A stretch of 64,000 bases of DNA from Tetramitus jugosus (Eukaryota > Protista > Heterolobosea): assembly GCA_937625935.1 (NCBI GenBank), contig OW569383.1:248001-312000 (forward strand), written 5' to 3'. Position numbers and translations under genes: made by a program. The notes under the pieces were generated by a model. That model ran no database searches. It had not been told where the DNA came from and saw nothing but the letters and a program-made list of their open reading frames with translations. How positions within the stretch are numbered: position 1 is the stretch's first letter; each line of letters starts with the position of its first letter. Shown here in pieces: positions 41,332 through 50,909 of the stretch.

Positions 41332-42171
41332 ATGGCTTGGAAGGGTAAACAATTCGATATTGAAACAAGTGATAAGAAGAGCTCAATCAACATCCACCAT
41401 TTCTTTCTTCGATTGTCATTCTATTCACAACTACCCACAACACCAAATGAGCGAAAGTTTGCCACAGTTCATTTTCACTACACTGACAAAACTGACTTTT
41501 CTCTATTCGAGATGAGTGGGTGGAGTCCACCTCTATTCAAAACAGTGGAAGATAAGTATTATCAATTGCCAAGTCAATACTCTCATTTAGCTCACATGGT
41601 TTGGATTAAGAGAAGAGTACATTTAGAACCAGAGCACAAAGAAGAATGGATAATCAGTTTTGTACAGCTCTGCCTTGATAATAAGCGTTTGGAAATGAAA
41701 GAGAGGACGTGTGAATCAGTGGAGAAGAGAAACGAAGTTCTGAACGAAAACGGGATATACATAACGGATGAGTTAACTCTGAAAGAAACTCTACTGATAT
41801 ACAAGCAGATTTACACCCACAATAGCGGACTGAGTTGTTGTATTTCTTCTACTCTATTTCCAGATGGAGATTTTTATAATCATGGAACATTGAAGGGTGT
41901 ACAAGAAGAAGATATTGAGAGATTACTGGAACAATTAAGTGTAGAGAAAGGATTGCATGCAATTGTTGAATTAATGAGAAGAACAGACAATGAATCTTAT
42001 GAACAGCTACCCACACCTACAAAACAAAAGAAGAGAAACAACCCTCTTGCAGAACAGAATGAAGAGGAATTACCTTCTGAAAAAGAATTGTTGACGATTC
42101 TCTCTTCTTCTGAATTCAAAGAAGCTAGCCAATTCATCCATCAAACTTTTTCCAGTAAGTCACCAAGCTGA
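41332..42171 (+). CDS. Hypothetical protein
   Basis: 279-aa ATG-initiated ORF; no recognised motif. Confidence 0.55.
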   Translation: MAWKGKQFDIETSDKKSSINIHHFFLRLSFYSQLPTTPNERKFATVHFHYTDKTDFSLFEMSGWSPPLFKTVEDKYYQLPSQYSHLAHMVWIKRRVHLEPEHKEEWIISFVQLCLDNKRLEMKERTCESVEKRNEVLNENGIYITDELTLKETLLIYKQIYTHNSGLSCCISSTLFPDGDFYNHGTLKGVQEEDIERLLEQLSVEKGLHAIVELMRRTDNESYEQLPTPTKQKKRNNPLAEQNEEELPSEKELLTILSSSEFKEASQFIHQTFSSKSPS

Positions 42172-42314
42172 AGTTCATTTACAATTAAAGCAGAAGATGT
42201 CAAGTGGTTTCCCGGATATATCTGTCGCTTCTGTATGCTCACCCAATGCACGCTTTGCTCTTTCATCAGCGATGAATTCTTTAGCTTTCTTTTTCGACAC
42301 ATGTTCGTTGTTGT

Positions 42315-42941
42315 TCAATCAAATGGCCAGCAGATAAAAATTGATAAAATTCTGTTTCCAATTCTTGTAACCCTGAAACACGATTTTCTAATTGCAATTA
42401 ATTTCTGAAATGAAATCATCTTGTGCTTTCTGTTGGAGGAGCTTTTGTAATTCTGCTTTGTCTTCTTGCTGTTTCTGGACATACCATCGTCCCATAAACG
42501 ATAGTTGCAAGCAGAAGAATATACATCGTTTCCATCCTTGCTATTCTTCAATCCTATGTAAAAGTAGAAATTCACTCTTGAACCAGATTGCTGTGGTGGA
42601 GAGCATGAGGTTTTATCGGCTACAGCCCGAAACTGAGCTTGTCCACCAACATTTACAATACCCCTGACCTCTATTGTATAGTACGTTGACTCTTTTCTAT
42701 TAGCTACTACAAACCCTGCATTTAGATTATACCAGTTGTTGTTGGCAGTGGACAGTGTCACAGAATCCGATCCTGCAAGGGTAGTTGTAACAGCGAAACC
42801 AACACATGATGGTCATGGGTTCTCTATACCACTAGTATAATCCCAGCCATGATACAGAGTGTCACCTTTTACCAGATCATACTGAGCTGTAACAGCACCG
42901 ATGACGATGGTTAGTAACAATAGTATATATCCAATCTTCAT
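42315..42941 (-). pseudogene. Secreted-protein reading frame interrupted by an in-frame TGA (42813-42815)
   Basis: MKIGYILLLLTIVIGAVTAQYDL...GIENP*PSCVGF continues in frame into ORF 42315-42761. Confidence 0.55.
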
Positions 42942-43412
42942 TTCAAGTCTGTAGTTTGTTTTAACGAGTACGACAAAAAATCAATTAGTTGTATATAATG
43001 GAATCACATCCGTAGCACAGTTCCACTAGCTACTACACATGCTATTCTTGTACGATGTTCCACGCTCACAGGGAAATCCTGTTCATGAAAACCATTGCTC
43101 GTATACACTTCTACAGATATATCGTTCCATCTAGTAAAGTTCTTCTTTGGGATATTGATCATTACATCTGTAGTGTCTGGTGAGTTTGCGTGATTGGTTG
43201 CCCAGAAGATACATCTCTGTGATGGCTGTGGTATATCGCTAGTAATGAACCATAAGGGTGATTGAATTGATATTGATTCTCAACAACTACGATCGGGCAA
43301 CCAAATATTCTTCTGTTCAGGGCGGTAATGTCATCGAGAGCAGCACAGACACAGGTTGAGAGAAGATAGACATGGTCTTGTTTTCAAAAGAGAAACAAAA
43401 AAGAAAAAAAAT

Positions 43413-44315
43413 TTATGGATACATAATGTCCCAATGGTTTCCTTCCTTGGCATAGATGCTTCCAGAGGATGCCTTCCACATCTCAGCTCCATCACCTCTT
43501 CTGCCAGCGTGAGCAAAGCTAGAAGTGATATAGTTGTTAATGCAAGAGTTCAATGAGATATCGAGCTTGTAACCATTGCTGTGGCTGTAAGCACCACCAG
43601 CATGACCAATCTCAGTTCCTCCAGTGATGGTAATTGGGCATCCAGAGGCTCTCTTGAGTGTCAAAATCTTGTCAATCGTTCCACTGTTGACTTGATCCAA
43701 AGAGGTGCATCTACGGTTGTTCTTATCGTGGCATCCACCAGAGGAGGAAACTGCGATACCGGCAGAACGAACCTTGTTCAAAGCATCACCATTGGACATT
43801 TTGTAACCAGAAGCAGAGTCACTCATGGAGAACAAGCCCTTGATGTTTTGGACGTGACCAGCAGCCTCAGATGCCTTACCCAAACCGTCCAACACCTTAT
43901 TCCACTTAATCTTCTTCCAGAATGGCTTATCAGTCATGGATTGAGGTCTCTTGTAACCCAACACATTGGCAACCTTCTCAGCCTTGTTCACATAGTTCAT
44001 CAAGTCCTCGAAAGAGAACTCTGAGTCACTGTAGAAATCAGGTTGAGTGATGCAAACAGCAGGACACATCATACCTCTTGGACAATTGTTCAAGCATCTG
44101 ATTTCGGAATCGGAGAGAACGAGAGCGGTGTCTTGATACTTTGAACCACCGTGAGCACGGAGACTACTTCTGCGTCTGACGACATCAGACAGAGCATAAC
44201 GGGTACCACCATTGCTGCCATTGTCAGCACGGAGACCACTTCTGCGAGAAGCAGAGACAACAACAGCAAAGTAAACAAACAATGCGACTAGAACAAGGAG
44301 AGACTTGATAGACAT
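43413..44315 (-). CDS. Secreted modular precursor: peptide modules plus a C-terminal Hedgehog/DD-peptidase (M15-like) Zn domain
   Basis: Signal MSIKSLLVLVALFVYFAVVVSA (ATG 44315); C-terminal ITITGGTEIGH...SHSNGYKLD...EGNHWD with HxxxxxxD...H Zn ligands. Confidence 0.8.
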   Translation of the reverse strand: MSIKSLLVLVALFVYFAVVVSASRRSGLRADNGSNGGTRYALSDVVRRRSSLRAHGGSKYQDTALVLSDSEIRCLNNCPRGMMCPAVCITQPDFYSDSEFSFEDLMNYVNKAEKVANVLGYKRPQSMTDKPFWKKIKWNKVLDGLGKASEAAGHVQNIKGLFSMSDSASGYKMSNGDALNKVRSAGIAVSSSGGCHDKNNRRCTSLDQVNSGTIDKILTLKRASGCPITITGGTEIGHAGGAYSHSNGYKLDISLNSCINNYITSSFAHAGRRGDGAEMWKASSGSIYAKEGNHWDIMYP

Positions 44316-44569
44316 GATGATTTGTGTGTATATGTACGATGTTGATAAAAAGGATGATGAGGAGAAGAAGATGTTTTGTTGGGGGAGGCAAACCGAAAAA
44401 AATGTCGTCGTCACCCAGCCTGAGGCCCCTGCTGCGATTGTAAAGTGTTTCGGTCAAAAATAAAATTGGGGTTCACATCCATCACGAGCCCAATTACTTC
44501 TTCTTTCCCGCCAGAACTGCTCGTGGTAAAAAGTTCAACAAGGCGCGGGAACAAAAACAAGCAAAAAAT

Positions 44570-45724
44570 ATGGCAGGGGCCATTGTAGCGACATGGGGCA
44601 AGAGTGTGCATGAAACAGAGGGTACACCAATCAAGAAAATTGCAGTGCCCGTCAAGGTCAAACTTCCCAGAACTGAAACTTCAAGAGTCGTGTCAGTGTC
44701 CTGTGGTGGTCAATTTTCAGCTCTGTTGACAGAGTCTGGTCATGTTTACACGTTTGGATCAAGTAAGGATGGTAGATTGGGATACAAGGTACAAGAAGCA
44801 ACTCAAGCCTTTCCTAAGAGAATCGAATGCTTGAACAACGTGTCACAGCTCAGTTGCGGTACCTGGCATGGTTTGTGTCTCACATCGGATCACCAAGTGT
44901 ACATCTGGGGTAGGACAACAGTGCAGTACGATGGTCCTACAATTGTACGATCGCTCTCGGATCTGGCTCATAGCGACCCGGTCATCAAAGTGGGTGCTGG
45001 TTATGCCTACAGTGCCGCACTTACCAGATCAGGTAGATTGTTTCTGTGGGGAAAGAATGGCCAGGGGAAGATGGGATTCGGTCCCGATGTTGCAGCCGTA
45101 GAAGAGCCGAGATACCTCTCGGATTTTGTTGTTCGAGACTTTAGTCTGGGATATGAATCGACGGTGTTCTGTACTGTTGATGGCCGAGTGTTCTCCATGG
45201 GCTCCAACGATTACTATCAGTTGGGTATAGGAAAGAATAAGAGCGCAAGAGATAGGCCTCATCTCGTACATTGTGCAGACTTTCAGTCTGACCCAGTTAT
45301 TCAAGTCTCGACATCTGTTGGTAGTGCCCATAACTGTCACTCTGGAGCTGTGACACATTCTGGGGCCTTGTACATGTGGGGTTCTGGCTACAAATTCAAA
45401 TTAGGAACAAATACTTTGGATGATCAACCTACTCCCATACGAATTACGTTCTTTGACAAACTTGGATTGCGAGTGCAAAAGCTCGTGTGTGGAGGCATAC
45501 ACAATCAAGTACTTACAATAGATCATCAGATTTACTCGTGGGGTTGTGGTAGTGACGGTAGACTCGGACATCCAGAATCTGACGGTCATCGCTATCTATA
45601 CAAGGAAGAAACACCTCGGCGTGTACAGTTCTCTGCACCGAGAAAGGTGTTAGATCTCGCTTCGAGCTACTATCATGTACTGGCGATTCTGGACGAGTCA
45701 CAGACAACTGAAAACCACAAGTGA
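44570..45724 (+). CDS. RCC1 repeat (beta-propeller) protein
   Basis: VSCGGQFSALLTESGHVYTFGSSKDGRLG and several similar repeats. Confidence 0.92.
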   Translation: MAGAIVATWGKSVHETEGTPIKKIAVPVKVKLPRTETSRVVSVSCGGQFSALLTESGHVYTFGSSKDGRLGYKVQEATQAFPKRIECLNNVSQLSCGTWHGLCLTSDHQVYIWGRTTVQYDGPTIVRSLSDLAHSDPVIKVGAGYAYSAALTRSGRLFLWGKNGQGKMGFGPDVAAVEEPRYLSDFVVRDFSLGYESTVFCTVDGRVFSMGSNDYYQLGIGKNKSARDRPHLVHCADFQSDPVIQVSTSVGSAHNCHSGAVTHSGALYMWGSGYKFKLGTNTLDDQPTPIRITFFDKLGLRVQKLVCGGIHNQVLTIDHQIYSWGCGSDGRLGHPESDGHRYLYKEETPRRVQFSAPRKVLDLASSYYHVLAILDESQTTENHK

Positions 45725-45783
45725 AACAACTCACAAGCACAAGCTCACTCATTTTCAGTTCTCTGATCATTTATTTGTTTCAT

Positions 45784-46404
45784 TTACAACTGCTGTGTTA
45801 GCTTTTCATTCTTTCGCACAAAGGAAAACGTGTCGTACATGTTCTTTGTCGCATGAATAATCGATTGACCATAGGCCAAGCAACCCATTGAAGCCACCAT
45901 TTCAATACCATATGTCCTACCACAGCAATAAAACATTGACACCGAGGCACAACACAATCCAAACATGCTAAAATTCAATGACCAACAGCAAATGCTAGGA
46001 ATAATACCTAATCACTTTGGGATCAAATGACAAACAAAAGAGCTAAACAATGTTACGATAGAGGTCACTAGAAACAATAGAGCAAATAAGCTCTTGTGCA
46101 AGGTAATGCATCCTTCAGTGTCACCTCTCATCCAACATGAGTTCTGATACACGTAATGCGCAAAGAGACAACACGTGCACACTGTGTGGACCAAATTCAG
46201 CCATAGTACAGTTCTAATGTTACTCGTCGAAAAAACAAAGCTCGAAAGCTTTTGAAGGAGTTTGCTCTGGAATGTTTGGGGTTTCTTTTTGTAATCTTGG
46301 TTGACCGCACCTGAAAAAAAGTTTCGGTCCTTTGAAAAAAGGGCTTCTCTTTCATTGTCGAACTGGTTGTTCATATTTTCTTCGTTTGATGTTTCGTCCA
46401 ACAT
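45784..46404 (-). CDS. Multi-pass membrane protein reading frame with one internal TGA (46012-46014)
   Basis: ORFs 46012-46404 and 45784-45978 share a frame: HLIPK*LGIIPSICCWSLNFSMFGL; hydrophobic segments on both sides. Confidence 0.5.
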
Positions 46405-46765
46405 TTTTGAATCTCCAGGGTGAAAGGATCTGGCAGTTGTGAGGTTGTTTTGTTTCTTTTGATGTTTTCAAAGGGTGCGGTTTTCTGGATGGATGTCAAG
46501 AGAAGTCCGATTCGCATGCCGAACATGTCTCGGAGAATATTTTGGCTAAGAAAAGCTGGAAGACACAACGATCCTTGATTTTATGGACTAGTCCTTTGGA
46601 TATCGATCTCAACTATCATTCTATTTTTCAGAGTTCATCTCTATTGCTCTCTTTATCTAATCAGCAGAACAAGTGACGGAGTTTTGTGAGGCATCTCCTT
46701 TTCACATTGCTCACTGAAGTTTTGGCCTTCTTCTCTGTCACCACCGTTGAACGTCAATTCTGGCC

Positions 46766-48137
46766 TTTTTTTTTTTTTTTTTTTTTTTTTTAATACAACA
46801 AATGGTGCGTGAGCACCACGTTGCGGAACTTTTATTTTTCTTTTGTTTGAGAGCAGGCTTGCCTGCTCTCAATTGTCTAACATGGTGTGGTGCTTGCCCC
46901 GTGGAGTGGCAGGCCTACGCAACAGGATTCATTCTCTTCTTGGAATGTTGTTTTGATCCCTTCTTCAGGGATTCGTTGCGAGGGCCTCCACTACCGACTG
47001 GAGCACCACTGGTGAGGTCAGATGGCTCCGTAGTCCTAGCCAGTTGGTAGGACCTACGGAGAGCACCTGACTTGATACTGGCCAACCTGGCCGGGATCTT
47101 GTTAGCAGCAGTGTCACCAACGGTGACACGTGCTGATCGTTTCTTGTTCTCGTTGAGTTGGGGACTCTGTAACTCGCAGTCGGGGTTACAGAGGTCCAAC
47201 TCAACTGGATCCTCTTGGGTGGTTGTGCTTCTTGCACGGTCCACCATGATTGCTCGGGCAGCAATCTCCTTCTTGGCTCTCTTGAACACCTCCGAGGATG
47301 GCTCTGTTACGAGCATCCTCATCCATGGTGTTGTTGGTTGGCTCTTGGATGACCGTAGTTGGAGTGGCGGGGTTGGACTCCGGCAAGATCGACTCCCAGT
47401 CGTCGGTCGTAGACGGAGTCGAAGGTTCGAATTCGGAGATTCGGTCCGGCGTCCTTGGAGACGGGGACGCGAAGGGAATCCGGTTGACGGAAGCCATTTC
47501 TTTTAACACACTGACTTGGTGGCGCAGGTCGTCCACCACAGCCAGGAGTTCTTGATACATCTTAGTCAGCCTCTTGCTGACAGCCTTGACAGGGTCACGT
47601 GGGCGTGGAAGGAAGCGTTTTGCTTCCACCTCCACTGGCATGGCTTGAACGTTCCGGCATACGTTTCAGACTCCATCACAACAAAGGCAGTGTTGTGCTT
47701 CTTGAGCACATTCTTGACCTTTGTTGTGCCGAGCATGGCCTTGATGTCGTCCTCCGTCTTACCTTTGACTCCGTGGAGGACGACCTTCTTGGCACAATCA
47801 ACGTTGTGCTTGAGTGCTGCCTTGCAGCCACTCATCTTCTTGTTGCGGTTGAAGGATTCAACAAATGGGTAAATGTTGTCATCAACAACAGTTACCCACG
47901 CAACAAACCTCTTGGGGCCCTTCTTGATGACTTGGACCCTGGTGAGCAAGTCACCAAAATCCAAGCCAATCTTCTTGGCCAAGGCAGCTTTTGGAGAGTC
48001 ATCGCACTTTCCAGTGATGATGACCTCCTTGCTGCTTGGAGCAGTTCCTCTTGGTGCTGTGGTCCACACAGCATAGCGTGGATTCTCATACTCACGAACA
48101 ACAGGGGTGTGTGTTCGTTTTTTCATCGGCGTTTTTT
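46766..48137 (-). mobile_element. Non-autonomous non-LTR retroelement (ORF1/RRM-like only, two frameshifts) upstream of the 5S rRNA gene
   Basis: Perfect 16-bp TSD AACGTCAATTCTGGCC at 46750-46765 and 48138-48153; 26-nt A-tail (T-run 46766-46791); 12-bp hairpin 46847-46872; overlapping ORFs 48126-47566, 47641-47201, 47322-46915; no RT. Confidence 0.92.
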
Positions 48138-48187
48138 AACGTCAATTCTGGCCTTCGGCGCGAAATACTGTGAAAAACAATATTAAC

Positions 48188-48307
48188 GTCTACGTTCATA
48201 CAATGGTGGAACCACCTCTTCCCATTTCGAATAGAGAAGTTAAGCACCATCTGGCTGAGTTAGTATTGAGATAGGAGACTACTCGAGAACCCTCAGTAAT
48301 GTAGGCT
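48188..48307 (+). rRNA. 5S rRNA gene (solitary copy)
   Basis: About 120 nt; 5' GTCTAC pairs with 3' GTAGGC; CATAC, CCCAT..CGAA, box A GAAGTTAAGC, TTAGTA; followed by a TTTTT terminator. Confidence 0.92.
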
Positions 48308-48361
48308 TTTTGATCTGACACAAACAACGAAAAGAAGTCCGACACTACACAACAAAAGGCA

Positions 48362-49815
48362 ATGCCCGTTGGAACGAAACTGGAAAGAAAGTTGAATGTC
48401 TATGGTGCTGGTCTCTCACAAGATGATCAAACTGGATTCAATCGCTCGTACTATTCGGACAAGAAGGAAGAGGATCTCTATCTGACACATGGTGGTGCAA
48501 TCGACGATGATGAGACCACTGGAGATGTTGTCCATTCATTTGCGCAAGTGGTGCAATATGGTTCAATCGGAGAGGAGTTTGCATCTGAGAAGGAACTGTT
48601 TGGATCTGGGGAATATGTCACACATGTCTCCTGTGGCGAACATCATTCTCTGTTTGTGACCAATCATAGACGCGTGTTTTCATGTGGTGACAATGTTTAT
48701 GGTGCTTGTGCATTGCCTGAGGAAATTTCCACTGTGAAGCAAATAACCTTGATACCACAATTGTCCAATTGTAATATTGTTGAAACAAGGTGTGGATGTT
48801 GCCATTCATTCTTCATCAGTGAAGGGTACCAGTCTGTGTTTGCCACAGGGTTCAACGCGAATGGAGAATGTGGATTATCAATGAGGACAGCCAAGATTTA
48901 TGGTGTGGAGAGATTCGATGGTCTCAACGGCACACAGATAAAGTATGTTGCGTCTGGAGCTTATCACACAGTGTTTGTCACTGTTGACAATTGTGTGTAT
49001 ACTTCTGGGTTTTGTGCATTTGGTTCTTTGGGTCAGGGGAGCCGGGACGGGAAGAGTTTCACACCTCGCAGCGTAAATCATCCTGATCTCCGTGGATTAA
49101 AGTTGATCAAGAGCGTTGAGTGTGGGCAATGGTATTCCATCGTGATTGCAGAGGATGGATCAGCATACTCTTGGGGTTATAATAATCATGGTCAATGTGG
49201 ACTTAACTCTTCTTTGCAATCTCATGTAGTGAATCCAACTTTGGTGACTGGCATTCCGTCGGATGAGAAAATTGCTGATGCTAGATGTGGGAAAAGTTTC
49301 ACATTGTTTCGAACAATGTCTAACAATTTTTATGGTTGTGGTGAGAACTCACACGGTGCTCTGGGGCTTCCCAGTGTCTATATTCAATCGATTGTAACTC
49401 AAATTCCTTTGTCGATTGGAACTGTGCTCGATTACAGATGTGGAGTGAATTTTACAGTGTTTACAACTACAAAGGGAAAAACCTATATTTGCGGATACAA
49501 AGGGTTAGTACTTTATCCATTCATTCAGTTTTTTTCTGTTCAATGTATTGCTGTGAACTCACACTTTTATTATTGTCTGTTAGTATGTTATGTCAACTCA
49601 AGGATGATACTAGTTCAGTTGCTGAAGTGCAAATGCACTGGGTTTCACATAGCGCTTCCTACAACACTGGACATCTTATGGCCTGTTCTCCACTCGGTGA
49701 TCACATGCTGCTGTACAGTGTACCAACAAATTATTACCCCTTTCCAAGCAAACTCTTCACCGCTCAGCAAAAGGGACTCTTGTGTGATACAATTCTTGTT
49801 TTGGCGTTCGAGTAG
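48362..49815 (+). CDS. RCC1 repeat protein; two exons (48362-49503, 49584-49815)
   Basis: VSCGEHHSLFVT, VASGAYHTVFVT, WGYNNHGQCG. GTTAGT...GTTAG intron 49504-49583 gives YICGYKGMLCQLK...GLLCDTILVLAFE. Confidence 0.85.
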
Positions 49816-50009
49816 TGAACCCTCAGACACCTGACATATGTTGCCATAGTGTGTTGGTATTTTCATTAACCACAACTACATTCAAATGAACTGCCATCAA
49901 TGTCCAAATGGAAATCATGGGCCATAGAACTGTAAATCTCATTTTCAAAGCCCCATCTGCTGTAAATGACGAGCATGAGAATTCTGCTGAGCAAAAAAAG
50001 GATGATACT

Positions 50010-50262
50010 CCTCAAGAGAATTCCACACTTGTGCAATTGGGTACATCCTAACTATCGACTCCTGTGTTGAGCTCTGTTGATTCTCCCGACGAGGCTTGCC
50101 GACATCTAAGTACCAACTGCACCATTGTAACCATTGCCTGTCTTTCTCTGCTCATTCATTGTTCGTTTCCATTGCATCACTGCTGGTTATCAAACCAAAT
50201 ATCGACACATAGCTACTTATGCTGACACATAGAGCTTTTTGCGACATCCTTTGAGCAAATTA
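50010..50262 (-). mobile_element. Older degraded LINE ORF2 fragment stacked behind the 50272-50741 copy
   Basis: LCVDIWFDNQQ*CNGN duplicates QCVDIWFDNQQWCNGK of the neighbouring copy; left boundary approximate. Confidence 0.65.
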
Positions 50263-50271
50263 TTCAGCCGC

Positions 50272-50741
50272 TTCTTGTTTTTGAATACAACCAATGGTTG
50301 CGCAGTTTATTCGTTGTTGTTTCTCTTCTACATGATGTAGCTGTTTATGACGGCAGAATGCTGTCACTGTTGCTTTGCTTGTTGCTGGTGCTCGTAGAGC
50401 ATCAGCAACCAGCCATCTCTTTGGAGCTTGTGAAGAGGCGAAGCATCTCCTCAATACATCTCCTCTTAGTATTATCCACGAACTGTTTCGCTTTCTTCTT
50501 GGTGATATCCTTCTTGATTCCATTTTTTGAGCCCTTTGGCAACTTGTTTCGAAGCTTGCGTTTCCACACCTAGAAAACCTAACATGTTGTTTCCCAGTCT
50601 TCCTTTGCCGTTGCACCACTGTTGGTTGTCAAACCATATGTCCACACATTGTGACTTGTGCAGTCCCATTGAACTCAGTTTCGCAGCAATTTCCTTTGTG
50701 AGCAAAATTCTGGCCATCCTTACAGTGAAGAACTATTGATT
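50272..50741 (-). mobile_element. 5'-truncated LINE fragment upstream of tRNA-Ala
   Basis: VDIWFDNQQWCNG...NTKRRCIEEMLRLFTSSKE aligns with VVLWFDSYLFCNG...STKRICIKALHTLFTASKE of the 32.6-kb LINE; 3' end AATAAACTGCGCAACCATTGGTTGTATTC-AAAAAC; TSD TTCAGCCGC at 50263-50271 and 50742-50750. Confidence 0.85.
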
Positions 50742-50796
50742 TTCAGCCGCGTCTGGGACCCGCGGCCAAAATATCAGTAAAATGAATCAATGTATA

Positions 50797-50869
50797 GGGG
50801 TCATGGCTCAGTTGGTAGAGCGCGTGCTTTGCATGCATGAGGTCCAGGGTTCGATTCCCTGTGGCTCCA
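50797..50869 (+). tRNA. tRNA-Ala (TGC)
   Basis: GGGGTCATGGCTCAGTTGGTAGAGCGCGTGCTTTGCATGCATGAGGTCCAGGGTTCGATTCCCTGTGGCTCCA; G3:U70; TTTT follows. Confidence 0.97.
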
Positions 50870-50909
50870 GTTTTGAATGTTTTCTGCTCATGAAACATTG
50901 CACAACACC

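Noticed and set aside
49504-49834. ORF-track C-terminus of the 490-aa RCC1 ORF
   Set aside because: Reads through a T-rich GT-AG intron; the spliced frame gives a more plausible ending.
50704-50715. AATTCTGGCC shared with the 5S-element TSD
   Set aside because: Lies inside LINE coding sequence; a 10-nt match with no junction features.
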